A DNA stretch of 64,000 nt from Flavobacteriaceae bacterium. GTDB taxonomy: Bacteria > Bacteroidota > Bacteroidia > Flavobacteriales > Flavobacteriaceae. Below are positions 1 to 9,771 of this stretch, piece by piece; position 1 is the first letter of the stretch, and the number at the start of each line of letters is the position of its first letter. The notes under the pieces were generated by a model. It did not search any database and was not told where the DNA came from. It saw only the letters and a list, made by a program, of their open reading frames with translations. A program made the position numbers and the translations under genes. The stretch is from assembly GCA_026988395.1 (NCBI GenBank), contig JALSLI010000013.1, positions 9,008-73,007 on the forward strand, in the 5' to 3' direction.

Positions 1-1356
1 TACTGTTTTATCAACATCTTCTTTTACTAAATTTTGTAAAGCAGAAAGGACATTTGAGGTAAAATGCGGATTCATTTGTGAACGAAACAACCTTTGTTGC
101 ATTAATAATACATCTCTGCTATGTTTTAATTTTCTCTTTTGTAACCATAAAAGCAATACTAAAAAAGTCAACAACAAAACACTTACAGCTCCAAATAATA
201 TTATTTGTCTCTGTTTTAATTCACTATTTTTTAACTCCATTTTTTGTTTTTTTACCAATAGTTCTTTTTCCTTTTTATTGGCTTTTTCCAGTGCTGTAAA
301 TTTTGCTTTTTTACGTTTATTGGCATCTTTTAATAGAAAAATATAAAAAGAATCTAAATCTTTTTCAATAGAATCGAAATTATCCCTTTTAAGATATGAG
401 TAATGGATTTTATTCTTTAAAAATTCTTTAAATACATATAGTGAAACAGAAACATCCTGTACCGAATCTATGTAATTAGGAAAAGAATTTAAATCTTTAT
501 TATAAAGTAAACTAGCATAATACTTGTTTAGTGCTAAAATGCCATATTCTTTTTTATCTTTGTCTGTCTTCTCCCCAATTTTTTCATATGCCTTTAAATA
601 AAAATAACTGGCTTTTTCATATTTTTTTAAATCATAATTAAAATCGCCAAAAGCCTTATTTATCAAAAATACCAAATAGTTATCTTTAATCCTTAAATTA
701 TATAAACTATCTAACAATTTATTGGCTTTTTGATTATTATGTAAATAATTTAAATAATTGGCCTTACTAATACTTGATATTATTGCATTTCGTTCATCTT
801 TTAAATTTTTAAATACAGAAATCGTTTTATTATTTACAGCATAAACACTATCAATAGCACCTATACCCTCAAAAATTTTAGCCTTTAAATTATAGATATA
901 TCCCAAAGCATGTAGATCTCTATTTTTATTAAGTATCCTTTTAAAACGGTTTAAAGTATAAAGAGCATCTTCGATTTTATTTTGTGCATAATAATACTTA
1001 GCCAAATTATAATAATAATTTAACTCTCTTTTATTAGTTAAACTGTCTTTAGACAATTTAATTGCTTTTTCAAAAAAATAAAAAGCGGAATCTATATTAT
1101 TTAGAATTTTATATTGATAAACACCATTCTGATATAAATATTCTTGTTTTAAAGAATCTACTGTCTTAGTTGAAACTAATTTATTCTGTTGCTTTATAAA
1201 ATAAGAAGTAGAGTCCTTTGCTGTTTTAAGTACACGTAAAAAACCTTTCTGAAACAAAATAATATTCCCATCGCTTAACTGGCTTATTTGTTTATTTTTT
1301 TTACACGAAAACAAAACCATAAAAAAAACTAAAAAAACACTAAATTTTATTTTCAT
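1..1356 (-). CDS. TPR-like repeat / LytS-YehU-type sensor histidine kinase; C-terminus lies beyond the window edge
   Basis: Absent from the ORF track because it is open at position 1. My reverse-strand translation from the ATG (complement of 1354-1356) reads MKIKFSVFLVFFMVLFSCKK..., then repeat-rich helical sequence, a TM segment (ILFGAVSVLLLTFLVLLLWL) and RSQMNPHFTSN. That last motif matches the H-box of His_kinase (PF06580-type) sensors. It is in frame through to position 1. Confidence 0.6.
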   Translation of the reverse strand, partial: MKIKFSVFLVFFMVLFSCKKNKQISQLSDGNIILFQKGFLRVLKTAKDSTSYFIKQQNKLVSTKTVDSLKQEYLYQNGVYQYKILNNIDSAFYFFEKAIKLSKDSLTNKRELNYYYNLAKYYYAQNKIEDALYTLNRFKRILNKNRDLHALGYIYNLKAKIFEGIGAIDSVYAVNNKTISVFKNLKDERNAIISSISKANYLNYLHNNQKANKLLDSLYNLRIKDNYLVFLINKAFGDFNYDLKKYEKASYFYLKAYEKIGEKTDKDKKEYGILALNKYYASLLYNKDLNSFPNYIDSVQDVSVSLYVFKEFLKNKIHYSYLKRDNFDSIEKDLDSFYIFLLKDANKRKKAKFTALEKANKKEKELLVKKQKMELKNSELKQRQIILFGAVSVLLLTFLVLLLWLQKRKLKHSRDVLLMQQRLFRSQMNPHFTSNVLSALQNLVKEDVDKTV

Positions 1357-1434
1357 AAAAACAAAAATAAGCATTTAAAATAATACCAAACTTAAAAAAT
1401 CTTCCTTATTTTTACCATTCTAAAACAAAACAAA

Positions 1435-2610
1435 ATGAATTACATTTTATTTGATGGCGAACATCGCGATAATTTGCTGCCACTAACCTATACCAGACCG
1501 GTTTGCGAAATTAGAATTGGTATTTTAACCATTCGTGAAAAATGGGAAAAACTATTAGGTTTTACTACGACTACTTTAACGGAAGAATATTTACAAGAAA
1601 AATATCCTATGGTAGAAATGGAACAAAATATTATGATTAACGCTTCCTTTTTACCTACCGAGAAAATAGTAGAACAAATAAAAAGTTTAAAAGAAAATGA
1701 AGCCATTTTTAAAGCTGATGAAATTGTAGCTTTTTTCACTACAAATAGCCAAAAAGAAGTTAATTTTGATTTATATACCATTTATGAGATAAACGATCAT
1801 TTCATCCAAATTAAAAATACTTGGGATATTTTTTCGTATAATGCTATTGCTATCCAAGCAGATTTTGATTTGATAACAAAAAATCGTGAAAGTGCCGAAA
1901 TTCCTTCGCATATTAATGCAATAAACAAAGAAAACATCTTTATTGAAGAAGGTGCTACGGTACATTTTAGCTCATTAAATGCAAGTAATGGCCCTATTTA
2001 TATTGGAAAAAACACCGAAATTATGGAAGGAGCTTTGGTAAGAGGTCCATTTGCTTTATGCGATAACAGCACCTTAAAAATGGGAGCAAAAATTTATGGC
2101 GGAACAACAATCGGACCGCATTGTAAAGTTGGTGGTGAGGTAAATAACACCGTATTCTTCGGTTATGCAAATAAGGCTCATGACGGATTTTTAGGTAATT
2201 CCGTTATTGGTGAATGGTGTAATCTTGGAGCCGATTCCAACAACTCAAACCTTAAAAATAATTATGCCGAAGTAAAATTATGGAATTATACCAAAGAACG
2301 TTTTATAAAAACCGGTTTACAATTTTGCGGATTAATTTTTGGCGATCATTCTAAATGTGGTATCAATACCATGTTTAATACCGGAACTGTGGTTGGTGTA
2401 AGTGCAAACATTTATGGTGGTAATTTCCCAAGAAATTTTATTCCTTCTTTCGCTTGGGGCGGAAATGCAGGTTTTAAAGAATATAACCTCAATAAAGCAA
2501 AGGAAGTTGCCAAAATAGTAATGCAACGTAGAAAAGTAGAGTTTAATGAAATTGAAGAGAAAATATTTGAAACCGTTTTTGAAATCTCTAAAAAATACCG
2601 GAATTTTTAA
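1435..2610 (+). CDS. GlmU-like sugar-phosphate nucleotidyltransferase with left-handed beta-helix (hexapeptide) C-terminal domain
   Basis: 391-aa ORF. The N-terminus (ILFDGEHRDNLLPLTYTRP) is NTP-transferase-like. The C-terminal half is rich in hexapeptide repeats (IGKNTEI..GAKIYGGTTIGPHCKVGGEV..). Confidence 0.7.
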   Translation: MNYILFDGEHRDNLLPLTYTRPVCEIRIGILTIREKWEKLLGFTTTTLTEEYLQEKYPMVEMEQNIMINASFLPTEKIVEQIKSLKENEAIFKADEIVAFFTTNSQKEVNFDLYTIYEINDHFIQIKNTWDIFSYNAIAIQADFDLITKNRESAEIPSHINAINKENIFIEEGATVHFSSLNASNGPIYIGKNTEIMEGALVRGPFALCDNSTLKMGAKIYGGTTIGPHCKVGGEVNNTVFFGYANKAHDGFLGNSVIGEWCNLGADSNNSNLKNNYAEVKLWNYTKERFIKTGLQFCGLIFGDHSKCGINTMFNTGTVVGVSANIYGGNFPRNFIPSFAWGGNAGFKEYNLNKAKEVAKIVMQRRKVEFNEIEEKIFETVFEISKKYRNF

Positions 2611-2630
2611 CCCGTATTACTGAACTTATT

Positions 2631-3074
2631 CTAATAAAAATCGGCATCTTCACGTAAAATTTTCACAAAATGATACCCTTTTTTTTGAAAACCTTCGCGT
2701 TCGTAAAAAACATGTGATTTTTTGTTCTCAATATAAGCATTTAATTCACAGGCTTCGATATTTTGTGATTTTAAATAAGTAAAAATCCAATGTATAAAAG
2801 CTTTTCCATAACCTTTACTTTGTAAATCCGGATGGATAATTACTTGATCTAATTCAGATGATTTACCTATATAATGTCTTGTCATGTACCAAATACCACA
2901 AATACCAATTAACGAATTATCTAAGTACATTCCGGCACACTCGTAATTTTGCTCTGCCATTTCCAAAACACGTTTCTGTAGTAAATCCGGAGGTGTTTTA
3001 GTATTTAACAATTTTAAAAGAGGCATTATTTCTAAAATGTTTTTTTTCGGAATTATTCTAAATTCTACATTCAT
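2631..3074 (-). CDS. GNAT family N-acetyltransferase
   Basis: 147 aa with acetyl-CoA motif A (VIIHPDLQSKGYGKAF). Confidence 0.8.
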   Translation of the reverse strand: MNVEFRIIPKKNILEIMPLLKLLNTKTPPDLLQKRVLEMAEQNYECAGMYLDNSLIGICGIWYMTRHYIGKSSELDQVIIHPDLQSKGYGKAFIHWIFTYLKSQNIEACELNAYIENKKSHVFYEREGFQKKGYHFVKILREDADFY

Positions 3075-3110
3075 TTATAGTAAATTTGTTGCATCAAAGA
3101 TATCTTTTTT

Positions 3111-3479
3111 ATGCGAATATTATTTATACTTTTAACAACGATTTTTTTTCTTTCTTGTAAAAACGAAAAACCGCTTACACCACAAGAATTAAAAACAGGA
3201 ACATTTAAAACCACATTAAACAATAGTGATGTTTCTTCGGTTGCCACCAGAAATGACAGTATACAAGTAGAAACTTATAACAATAAAAAAGACACTTTTT
3301 ACATTAGTTGGAAATCGGATTTTGAATATATTTTAAAACAAAAACATCCAAAGACCAGTTTGGATAGTATTGATTTTGTGGTAAAAATAACCGGAATTCA
3401 CGGAAATTCTTATACCTTTAAGGCACATTACAAAGGCAATAAATATGTTCAAAAAGGAACTGCTACAAAAATAAAATAA
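3111..3479 (+). CDS. hypothetical lipoprotein
   Basis: 122 aa with a signal peptide plus lipobox (FFLSCKNEK). No recognisable domain. Confidence 0.55.
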   Translation: MRILFILLTTIFFLSCKNEKPLTPQELKTGTFKTTLNNSDVSSVATRNDSIQVETYNNKKDTFYISWKSDFEYILKQKHPKTSLDSIDFVVKITGIHGNSYTFKAHYKGNKYVQKGTATKIK

Positions 3480-3483
3480 TTTT

Positions 3484-3714
3484 ATGAACAACGAAAAACT
3501 GAAATTACGGAAAGGCATCAAATTTATGGCAATTACATTGCCTTTACTATTCTTGGCTCCTTTTCTTATGTTCCTTGGCTTTAAAGCAATTGGTAGAGAC
3601 GCAAATATATTAGGCATTATTTTAGTGATTATAGGAGCTCTTGTAGCTCTTACGAGTATCGGATTAATGTATTTAGGCATCAAAAATTTATTAGACCATC
3701 TTTTTGAAAAATAA
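3484..3714 (+). CDS. small two-TM membrane protein (hypothetical)
   Basis: 76 aa with two hydrophobic helices. It starts 4 nt after the previous gene and overlaps the next by 11 nt. Confidence 0.5.
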   Translation: MNNEKLKLRKGIKFMAITLPLLFLAPFLMFLGFKAIGRDANILGIILVIIGALVALTSIGLMYLGIKNLLDHLFEK

Positions 3715-4786
3715 AAAAATGCACCTTAAACGTTCACTTACTAAATTAACACAATGGGAGCATTGGCCAACTTTTATGTTTTATGCTCCACTACTACCCT
3801 ATTTTTTATATCAAACACTAAAAAACAAAAGTTTTACCTTTTTTTTAAATACCAATCCGTCAATGCATTATTCCGGTAACGGAACTGAATCAAAATTTAA
3901 AACGTTGCAATTGATTCCGGAAGCGTACAAACCCAAATCCGTTTTACTACCTAAAAATTCATCCTTATCGGAAGCAATGTATAAAATGAAAAAAGCGACT
4001 ATTTCATTTCCTATTATTGCTAAGCCTGATTTGGGTTTTAGAGGTTATTTGGTAAAAAAAATCAATTCAAAAAACGAATTAAAAACATATTTAGATAAAA
4101 ATAATTCCATCAATATTATTTTACAAGAATTTATTTCTTTACCAAATGAATGTGGTGTTTTTTATTATCGCTTACCAAATAAAAAGGAAGGGAAAATCAC
4201 TTCCATAACACTAAAAAAATTTTTAACCGTTACCGGAGATGGAAAATCAACCTTATCGGAATTAATCTTACAAGATTCACGTGCTTTTTTATATTATGAT
4301 TTATTAAAAAACTTACATAAAAACCGAATGGACAAAGTCATCAATCAAGGTGAAAAAATAGTTTTAACCGTTATAGGAAATCATTCTAAAGGCACACAAT
4401 TTTTAAATGGAAATCATTTAATCACAAAGGAATTGGAACAAACTTTCGATAAAATAAACCAAGAAATTAAAGGTTGGTATTTTGGAAGATTAGATATTAA
4501 ATACCAATCTTTTGAAGACTTATTACAAGCAAAAAAATTTAAAATTTTAGAAATAAATGGTATTATTGCTGAACCAACACATATTTATGATGCATCGGCA
4601 AAAAATGCAAGTTATCTAAAAGCAATAAAAGAAATTAAAGCAAATTGGGAGGTGATTACCAAGATTGCAAACCTAAATAAATCTATTTTAGGATTAAAAA
4701 ATCCTAAATTAAAAACTTATGTAAAGGAAATGGTATATCTTAGAAAATATGCTAAAAAACTAAAACAATTAAATAGTGTAAATTAA
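3704..4786 (+). CDS. ATP-grasp-like ligase domain protein (function unknown)
   Basis: 360 aa. The central and C-terminal pattern (PIIAKPDLGFRGYLV ... RLDIKYQS ... ILEINGIIAEPTHIYD) resembles ATP-grasp folds. The N-terminus is hydrophobic. Confidence 0.5.
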   Translation: MKNKKMHLKRSLTKLTQWEHWPTFMFYAPLLPYFLYQTLKNKSFTFFLNTNPSMHYSGNGTESKFKTLQLIPEAYKPKSVLLPKNSSLSEAMYKMKKATISFPIIAKPDLGFRGYLVKKINSKNELKTYLDKNNSINIILQEFISLPNECGVFYYRLPNKKEGKITSITLKKFLTVTGDGKSTLSELILQDSRAFLYYDLLKNLHKNRMDKVINQGEKIVLTVIGNHSKGTQFLNGNHLITKELEQTFDKINQEIKGWYFGRLDIKYQSFEDLLQAKKFKILEINGIIAEPTHIYDASAKNASYLKAIKEIKANWEVITKIANLNKSILGLKNPKLKTYVKEMVYLRKYAKKLKQLNSVN

Positions 4787-5280
4787 ACGTTTAATTCTTG
4801 ATTTTTAGGTGTTGTAGGATTATACCCGAAATCGGCATCAGGTAATTCAATACCTAACTGTGAGATGATATAACCAATACTTGCAAAATGATGAATTGCA
4901 TGACTATGTGCTTGGATTAAAGCAGATGCCAAAGTATAATTTACCGTTACCATACCCAATCCTAAATCATCGGAAACTTGTACTAATTGATTAAAATCTA
5001 TATGGTTTAAAGATTTCAATTTTTCTATTATTTGATTAAAATATGCTAATCCAACAGTAGTTTTAGTTTCAGCTAATTCATTTCTTTTTCGAGCAGTTAA
5101 ATCTACTTTTTTATCGTTTAATCCTTCAAAAATACAATCAAACACATCTAAAATATGACGCATATGTCCGCCAATACTAGAATAATAAGGAGCAATAGAT
5201 GTATTGCTGTATTGCTCATCAGAAATAGAGTTTAGTAGTGTAACTCCTCTTTCTAAATTTTTAATAATAGCGTTAGTCAT
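4783..5280 (-). CDS. DinB-family (four-helix, His-triad) protein
   Basis: 165 aa with His-rich motifs GGHMRHILDVF and HSHAIHHF, typical of the DinB/YfiT-like family. Confidence 0.6.
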   Translation of the reverse strand: MTNAIIKNLERGVTLLNSISDEQYSNTSIAPYYSSIGGHMRHILDVFDCIFEGLNDKKVDLTARKRNELAETKTTVGLAYFNQIIEKLKSLNHIDFNQLVQVSDDLGLGMVTVNYTLASALIQAHSHAIHHFASIGYIISQLGIELPDADFGYNPTTPKNQELNV

Positions 5281-5364
5281 AGTTAAATAAAAGTTTAGAC
5301 GCGAATATACGAATTAATTACAAAGGTAAAATAATATCTTTCTCTAAACAAATTGAAGGATAAA

Positions 5365-6057
5365 TTAATATCCGAAAATTCGTTTAAAAAAGGATTTCCG
5401 TTCTTTTTTAGATTGTAATTTTTCTTTATTGTTATTGTTAGTACTGTCTTGAAGTTTTTCTCCTTTATGGTCTACATTTTCTATAATTAAATTTTCAACA
5501 AATTCATCATAAGTTGTTCCTAAATTATCTAAATAACCTTCTAAATATTTCTGAGCAAATTCCATATCATTTTCCTCTTCAATAGCTTTTAATTTTTTGT
5601 AAATAGGAATCATTGTCTCTATCGCTTTTTTAGGTGCCGGTTTTCTAAAAGCTTTATAACCGATAATGTTACCATTTTCATCTTCCTTTATCACGAAATC
5701 GGTATATACCCAATAGTACCTTCCGGTTTTTGCCATATTTTTAACAATTGCCAATATATTTTGTTTGTTCTGAATGCGTTCCCATAAAATTTTGAAAAGT
5801 ACTCTTGGCATTTCCGGATGGCGAACGATATTATGACCGGAACCTACCAATTCGTATTCTTCATATCCGGAGATTTCTACAAAATCTTCATTACAAAACT
5901 CAATAACACCTCTGGTATCTGTAACACTCATCAATATTTTATCGGAATCAATTTTTATTTCTCGATCTACCGGTTCCGGAACAGGTAACCGTTTTTTTCT
6001 TTTTGGTGCATCAGGATTAAAAATTATTTCCCAATCTTTTTCTCTTTCTGGTTCCAT
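5365..6057 (-). CDS. stand-alone Aer-type (FAD-binding-like) PAS domain protein
   Basis: 230 aa. The stretch LMSVTDTRGVIEFCNEDFVEISGY..GSGHNIVRHPEMP..LW..IVKNMAKTGRYYWV closely parallels the N-terminal PAS of the aerotaxis receptor Aer. No HAMP, MCP, kinase or DNA-binding output domain is visible. Confidence 0.75.
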   Translation of the reverse strand: MEPEREKDWEIIFNPDAPKRKKRLPVPEPVDREIKIDSDKILMSVTDTRGVIEFCNEDFVEISGYEEYELVGSGHNIVRHPEMPRVLFKILWERIQNKQNILAIVKNMAKTGRYYWVYTDFVIKEDENGNIIGYKAFRKPAPKKAIETMIPIYKKLKAIEEENDMEFAQKYLEGYLDNLGTTYDEFVENLIIENVDHKGEKLQDSTNNNNKEKLQSKKERKSFFKRIFGY

Positions 6058-6081
6058 AATAAATGATTTTAAGGATAAAAG

Positions 6082-6113
6082 TACTGTTACCTAAGTTAAC
6101 TTAGGTAACAGTA
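6082..6113. repeat. 32-bp perfect palindrome (tactgttacctaagttaacttaggtaacagta)
   Basis: Verified base by base as its own reverse complement. It lies 13 nt past the stop of the LysE gene and 25 nt upstream of the PAS gene start. A TTTT run follows on the minus strand. Confidence 0.9.
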
Positions 6114-6125
6114 TCATATAAAAAA

Positions 6126-6767
6126 CTACTGTAAAAATACTTGATATGCTGTTGCTAATGCTAAAATTATAAACAACGCACTTAAAATATAATTAATATT
6201 TTTAGCAATGAATTGTGCTTTTTTTGCAATAATATCGGCAAAAGTAGCATATGTGGCAAAAAGTGAAAATGCACCTAGTACGGCTCCTACAACATAAATA
6301 ACCGAATATGGCATTTCAATTTGCATCCAACCTTTACTTTCCGCTAAAGTTGCCATTGCCAAATAAAACGGAACTGCCAACATATTAAGACTAGACATCC
6401 CTAATCCAATAATAAAATCGTTACCTTGTTTTTGTTTTCCTTCTGATTTAAATTTTTTACGTGCTTGTGTAAAAAAGAAAACGGATAATGCTAATAACAC
6501 AAAAATTGCAGCAGTTTTTAATTTGGTAATCACTTCCGGATGTGCTACTAAGTATTTAGCAAAAAACACCGCAACAAAAGCTTGAATAAAAACTACAGAT
6601 GCAGCTCCGGCTGCAAATTTAATTCCGGCTTGCTTTCCTTTTTCAATACTGGTTCTTGCTGAGGTCATATTAAGCATTGACGGTGCTAATAAACCTATAA
6701 ATGCCGCTAAATAACCTACTATAAAAGGTATAATATAATTCATTTTACTTTTTTTACTGTTAAACAT
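6126..6767 (-). CDS. LysE/RhtB-family amino-acid exporter
   Basis: 213 aa with about 6 TM helices and a LysE-like N-terminal pattern. Confidence 0.65.
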   Translation of the reverse strand: MFNSKKSKMNYIIPFIVGYLAAFIGLLAPSMLNMTSARTSIEKGKQAGIKFAAGAASVVFIQAFVAVFFAKYLVAHPEVITKLKTAAIFVLLALSVFFFTQARKKFKSEGKQKQGNDFIIGLGMSSLNMLAVPFYLAMATLAESKGWMQIEMPYSVIYVVGAVLGAFSLFATYATFADIIAKKAQFIAKNINYILSALFIILALATAYQVFLQ

Positions 6768-6839
6768 TTACGAAATTGAGCCAAAGATAAATCTAAAATC
6801 TAAATTTGGCTCGCTTTCTACTAACTAAAATCAATCTTC

Positions 6840-8459
6840 TTAATCTTCCGGGTAAGCTGATGGCGGTACAGGTTCCGGAACAATATTTTTATCCAGTTTT
6901 CCTTCTTTTGCCAATTTTTCAATTTCCCATTGTATTTCTTCTGTATTTTGATGGATAATATTAACCGGTTTTAATCCAATGTGCTTAGAACCTTTTTTCA
7001 ATAAATATCTTAAAAATAAGGCCAATAACACCATCCAAATAAACATAATTACTTTTTGCATTGTTGGATCATCTGTAATTAAAGAATATAATTCTCTTTT
7101 GGTAGATATTAATCCCGGAGAGCCATCTGCATGTGTTCCAAATAATACCGTAGCATCCAAAAAGTGTTTATGTGCACTATAAAATAAGGTATAAGGTAAA
7201 TATCCTAATGCAAATCCCATAAATCCAACCAAAGTATTAAGATATCCCATACCAATACGCATGTAAGAACGAATCTCACAACCAATCAAAGTAACTGCTC
7301 CGAATCCTAAAAATAAACCTCCTAAGAAATTACCGGCAGTTAAACCTGCTTTTACACTATTACCTAATGCCGGTGAAACGCCAAAGAATCCCCAAGCAAT
7401 TAACATAAATACCAACATTAACACCCAAGTTGTAACCACACCTATCATTGGTGCATAACTTCTCATTAAGGTACGCGTAATTTTTGGTACACCCATTTTA
7501 GCATATTTATCATCATTGTTGGTCATATCATCTGATGTTTCTAAAGAAACCAAAGAACATTCTGTACCATAACCACTTTTAGATAATGCAATACCTGCAA
7601 CAACACCTGCTAATAATGTCATTACTACAAACATCGTATTACGGTCTGCAACAGATTTACCAAAAGCAGCTAATTTACCGTTACCAACAATATGTTGCAT
7701 CCATTCTGTTCCTGAAAATGCACCATATAGTGCAGCAAATAGGAATAATAATGTAAAAGATAAGGCAATCCAAAACATTGGGTTTTTCTTCCAACTATAT
7801 CCCGGTTTGTAAGTAGCTTGCTCTCCTTTATCTGCATTTTTCACATAAGCCAAAGTTTCTTGATGTTTAAAGTAATTGGCTAAGCCCATTTTTTCCATAA
7901 ACAGAAAACCTAAGGCTCCACCCATTGCCATAAAAATAACAGAACCGAAAGAACGAATTCCCATAAACGGAATTCCTCCCATTAAATGTGTTAAAGTACA
8001 ACCTCCGGCAAGACGTGTTCCGTAACTAAAAAATGCCCCTCCAATAAAGGAAACAATTAATGCTTTTTTAGAATAATATGCCCAACCTCTAAATTCTTTT
8101 TCCATTCTAGTTACTAAATAACCTCCTATTATCATTCCTACAATTGGCCAACCGATTCCCGGAGTAAAAACACCTCCTTCAGGAATAATATTTCCATTAG
8201 TATCTACACCGTAATTACCGTATAATTCAGAATAAAATCCAAAAATATTATTAATAAATACCTCTAAACTTCTAAACATCCTCCCTAAATCGGTAGTTAC
8301 ACTAATGTGCATTAGATTTGGTGTTTTTCCTGCTCCTGCTTTGTATAACCAAATTCCAATCATATAGATAATTTGTGCTACGGCAAACAAAATACCTGCG
8401 TACACATAAGACCACTGATTAGTAATTAATTTTTTAAATGAAATTTTATTTTTACTCAT
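6840..8459 (-). CDS. YeeE/YedE-family (sulfur/thiosulfate transport-related) membrane protein, long form
   Basis: 539 aa and polytopic. It has two Cys-containing signature loops (RLAGGCTLTHLMGG and IGCEIRSY) typical of Sulf_transp repeats. Confidence 0.8.
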   Translation of the reverse strand: MSKNKISFKKLITNQWSYVYAGILFAVAQIIYMIGIWLYKAGAGKTPNLMHISVTTDLGRMFRSLEVFINNIFGFYSELYGNYGVDTNGNIIPEGGVFTPGIGWPIVGMIIGGYLVTRMEKEFRGWAYYSKKALIVSFIGGAFFSYGTRLAGGCTLTHLMGGIPFMGIRSFGSVIFMAMGGALGFLFMEKMGLANYFKHQETLAYVKNADKGEQATYKPGYSWKKNPMFWIALSFTLLFLFAALYGAFSGTEWMQHIVGNGKLAAFGKSVADRNTMFVVMTLLAGVVAGIALSKSGYGTECSLVSLETSDDMTNNDDKYAKMGVPKITRTLMRSYAPMIGVVTTWVLMLVFMLIAWGFFGVSPALGNSVKAGLTAGNFLGGLFLGFGAVTLIGCEIRSYMRIGMGYLNTLVGFMGFALGYLPYTLFYSAHKHFLDATVLFGTHADGSPGLISTKRELYSLITDDPTMQKVIMFIWMVLLALFLRYLLKKGSKHIGLKPVNIIHQNTEEIQWEIEKLAKEGKLDKNIVPEPVPPSAYPED

Positions 8460-8535
8460 TTTGTTAAATATTTTATTTGTTAAAGGAAAATAAAACCCAA
8501 CTAAAAATTAGTCAGGTTCTATTGCTGTTAGTTTT

Positions 8536-9699
8536 TTAGAAGTCTAACTGTACTCTAAACAAGTGTTGGTTTAAATTACCAAGAGCGTCATTATCATCTG
8601 TCATTACATAATTATACATCACTCTTGCATGTGCATTTAAGTACCAATTTAAACCAAAAGTAATATTGTTAATATCTTGCGGCAAACCTACATTTGCTGT
8701 TACCACATCATCAGATGCATTCATTGTTGAATATCTTGCCAATACTTCTAATGCACCATATCCTCCGTTATCAATATCATTTTTAGGTTTTACTCTACCA
8801 AAAGCACCGTGTTTATAAGGTCTGTGCTCTCCTGTTAAGAAATAACTTGCAAATGCATAGTAACTACTCATTTTATAATCGGCTCCGGAAGCATCCCAAG
8901 ATTGTGTTTTATATTCACCTTGCAAAGATAAAGAACCAAATGTAGAACCAAATTCTAAACCTAAGTCTGTTCTATTATCAGCTCCCGGGAACACATAATG
9001 ATATTTTCCGGAAGTTTGATCTGCTCCCATATGATTCTCTGCTCTAAATTTTAAATCTGAATATGGACGATTTGCATAGTTAATACCTAAATGCACCAAT
9101 TTATGTGCTTCTTTATCATTTAAAACAGTACCGGCAACTCTTGCGACTACATTCATACCATTCTCTAAATTAGAGTCTGCAAAACCAGCACTGCTAGAAC
9201 CATTATTGGTTAATGCTAATTGAAAAGTAGCTTTACTATCTAGCAATCCGAAATTTTCGTAGTGAAAACCACTTCCCCAACGGAAGTTTTGCATAGAAGT
9301 AAGCATTGCTCTTTCATAAAAAGACATATATTTACTACTTGTTTGCATATCTAAACCGGTTGGCTCAGCTAGGCTACCAAAGGTAAAATTACCATATTTA
9401 CCTGCCGTATATTTTATATATACATCTCTAAACCCTAAACTTCCATGAGCAAAATCAGTTTCTACTTTATATTTTATTTTTTTTGCTATCTTACCTGCCA
9501 CAGAAAAATGCACTCTTCTAAACTCATTCTCATTTAACCCATTATCTGCATCTGCACGCTTTAAAAATTCATAATCATATTGTATTCTACCATTTATCTT
9601 AACAGTAGGTTTAAATTGTACTTTTACTTCTTTTTTATCTTGAGCATGAATACCCAAACTAAAAATTACCATTGCTATAAATAATACTATTTTTTTCAT
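8536..9699 (-). CDS. outer-membrane porin, phosphate-selective porin O/P-like
   Basis: 387 aa with a signal peptide (HAQD), alternating beta-strand pattern and a C-terminal Phe (RVQLDF). Confidence 0.7.
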   Translation of the reverse strand: MKKIVLFIAMVIFSLGIHAQDKKEVKVQFKPTVKINGRIQYDYEFLKRADADNGLNENEFRRVHFSVAGKIAKKIKYKVETDFAHGSLGFRDVYIKYTAGKYGNFTFGSLAEPTGLDMQTSSKYMSFYERAMLTSMQNFRWGSGFHYENFGLLDSKATFQLALTNNGSSSAGFADSNLENGMNVVARVAGTVLNDKEAHKLVHLGINYANRPYSDLKFRAENHMGADQTSGKYHYVFPGADNRTDLGLEFGSTFGSLSLQGEYKTQSWDASGADYKMSSYYAFASYFLTGEHRPYKHGAFGRVKPKNDIDNGGYGALEVLARYSTMNASDDVVTANVGLPQDINNITFGLNWYLNAHARVMYNYVMTDDNDALGNLNQHLFRVQLDF

Positions 9700-9771
9700 T
9701 TCTATATTGTTTAAAATTATTTATTATTTTGAATTAACGATGCAAATTTCCAACAATTAAATAGTTTTATT

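Noticed and set aside
78-299. 73-aa plus-strand ORF
   Set aside because: It is antisense to the long edge-truncated histidine-kinase ORF (1-1356, minus strand), and its hydrophobic, low-complexity translation is typical of AT-rich antisense frames.
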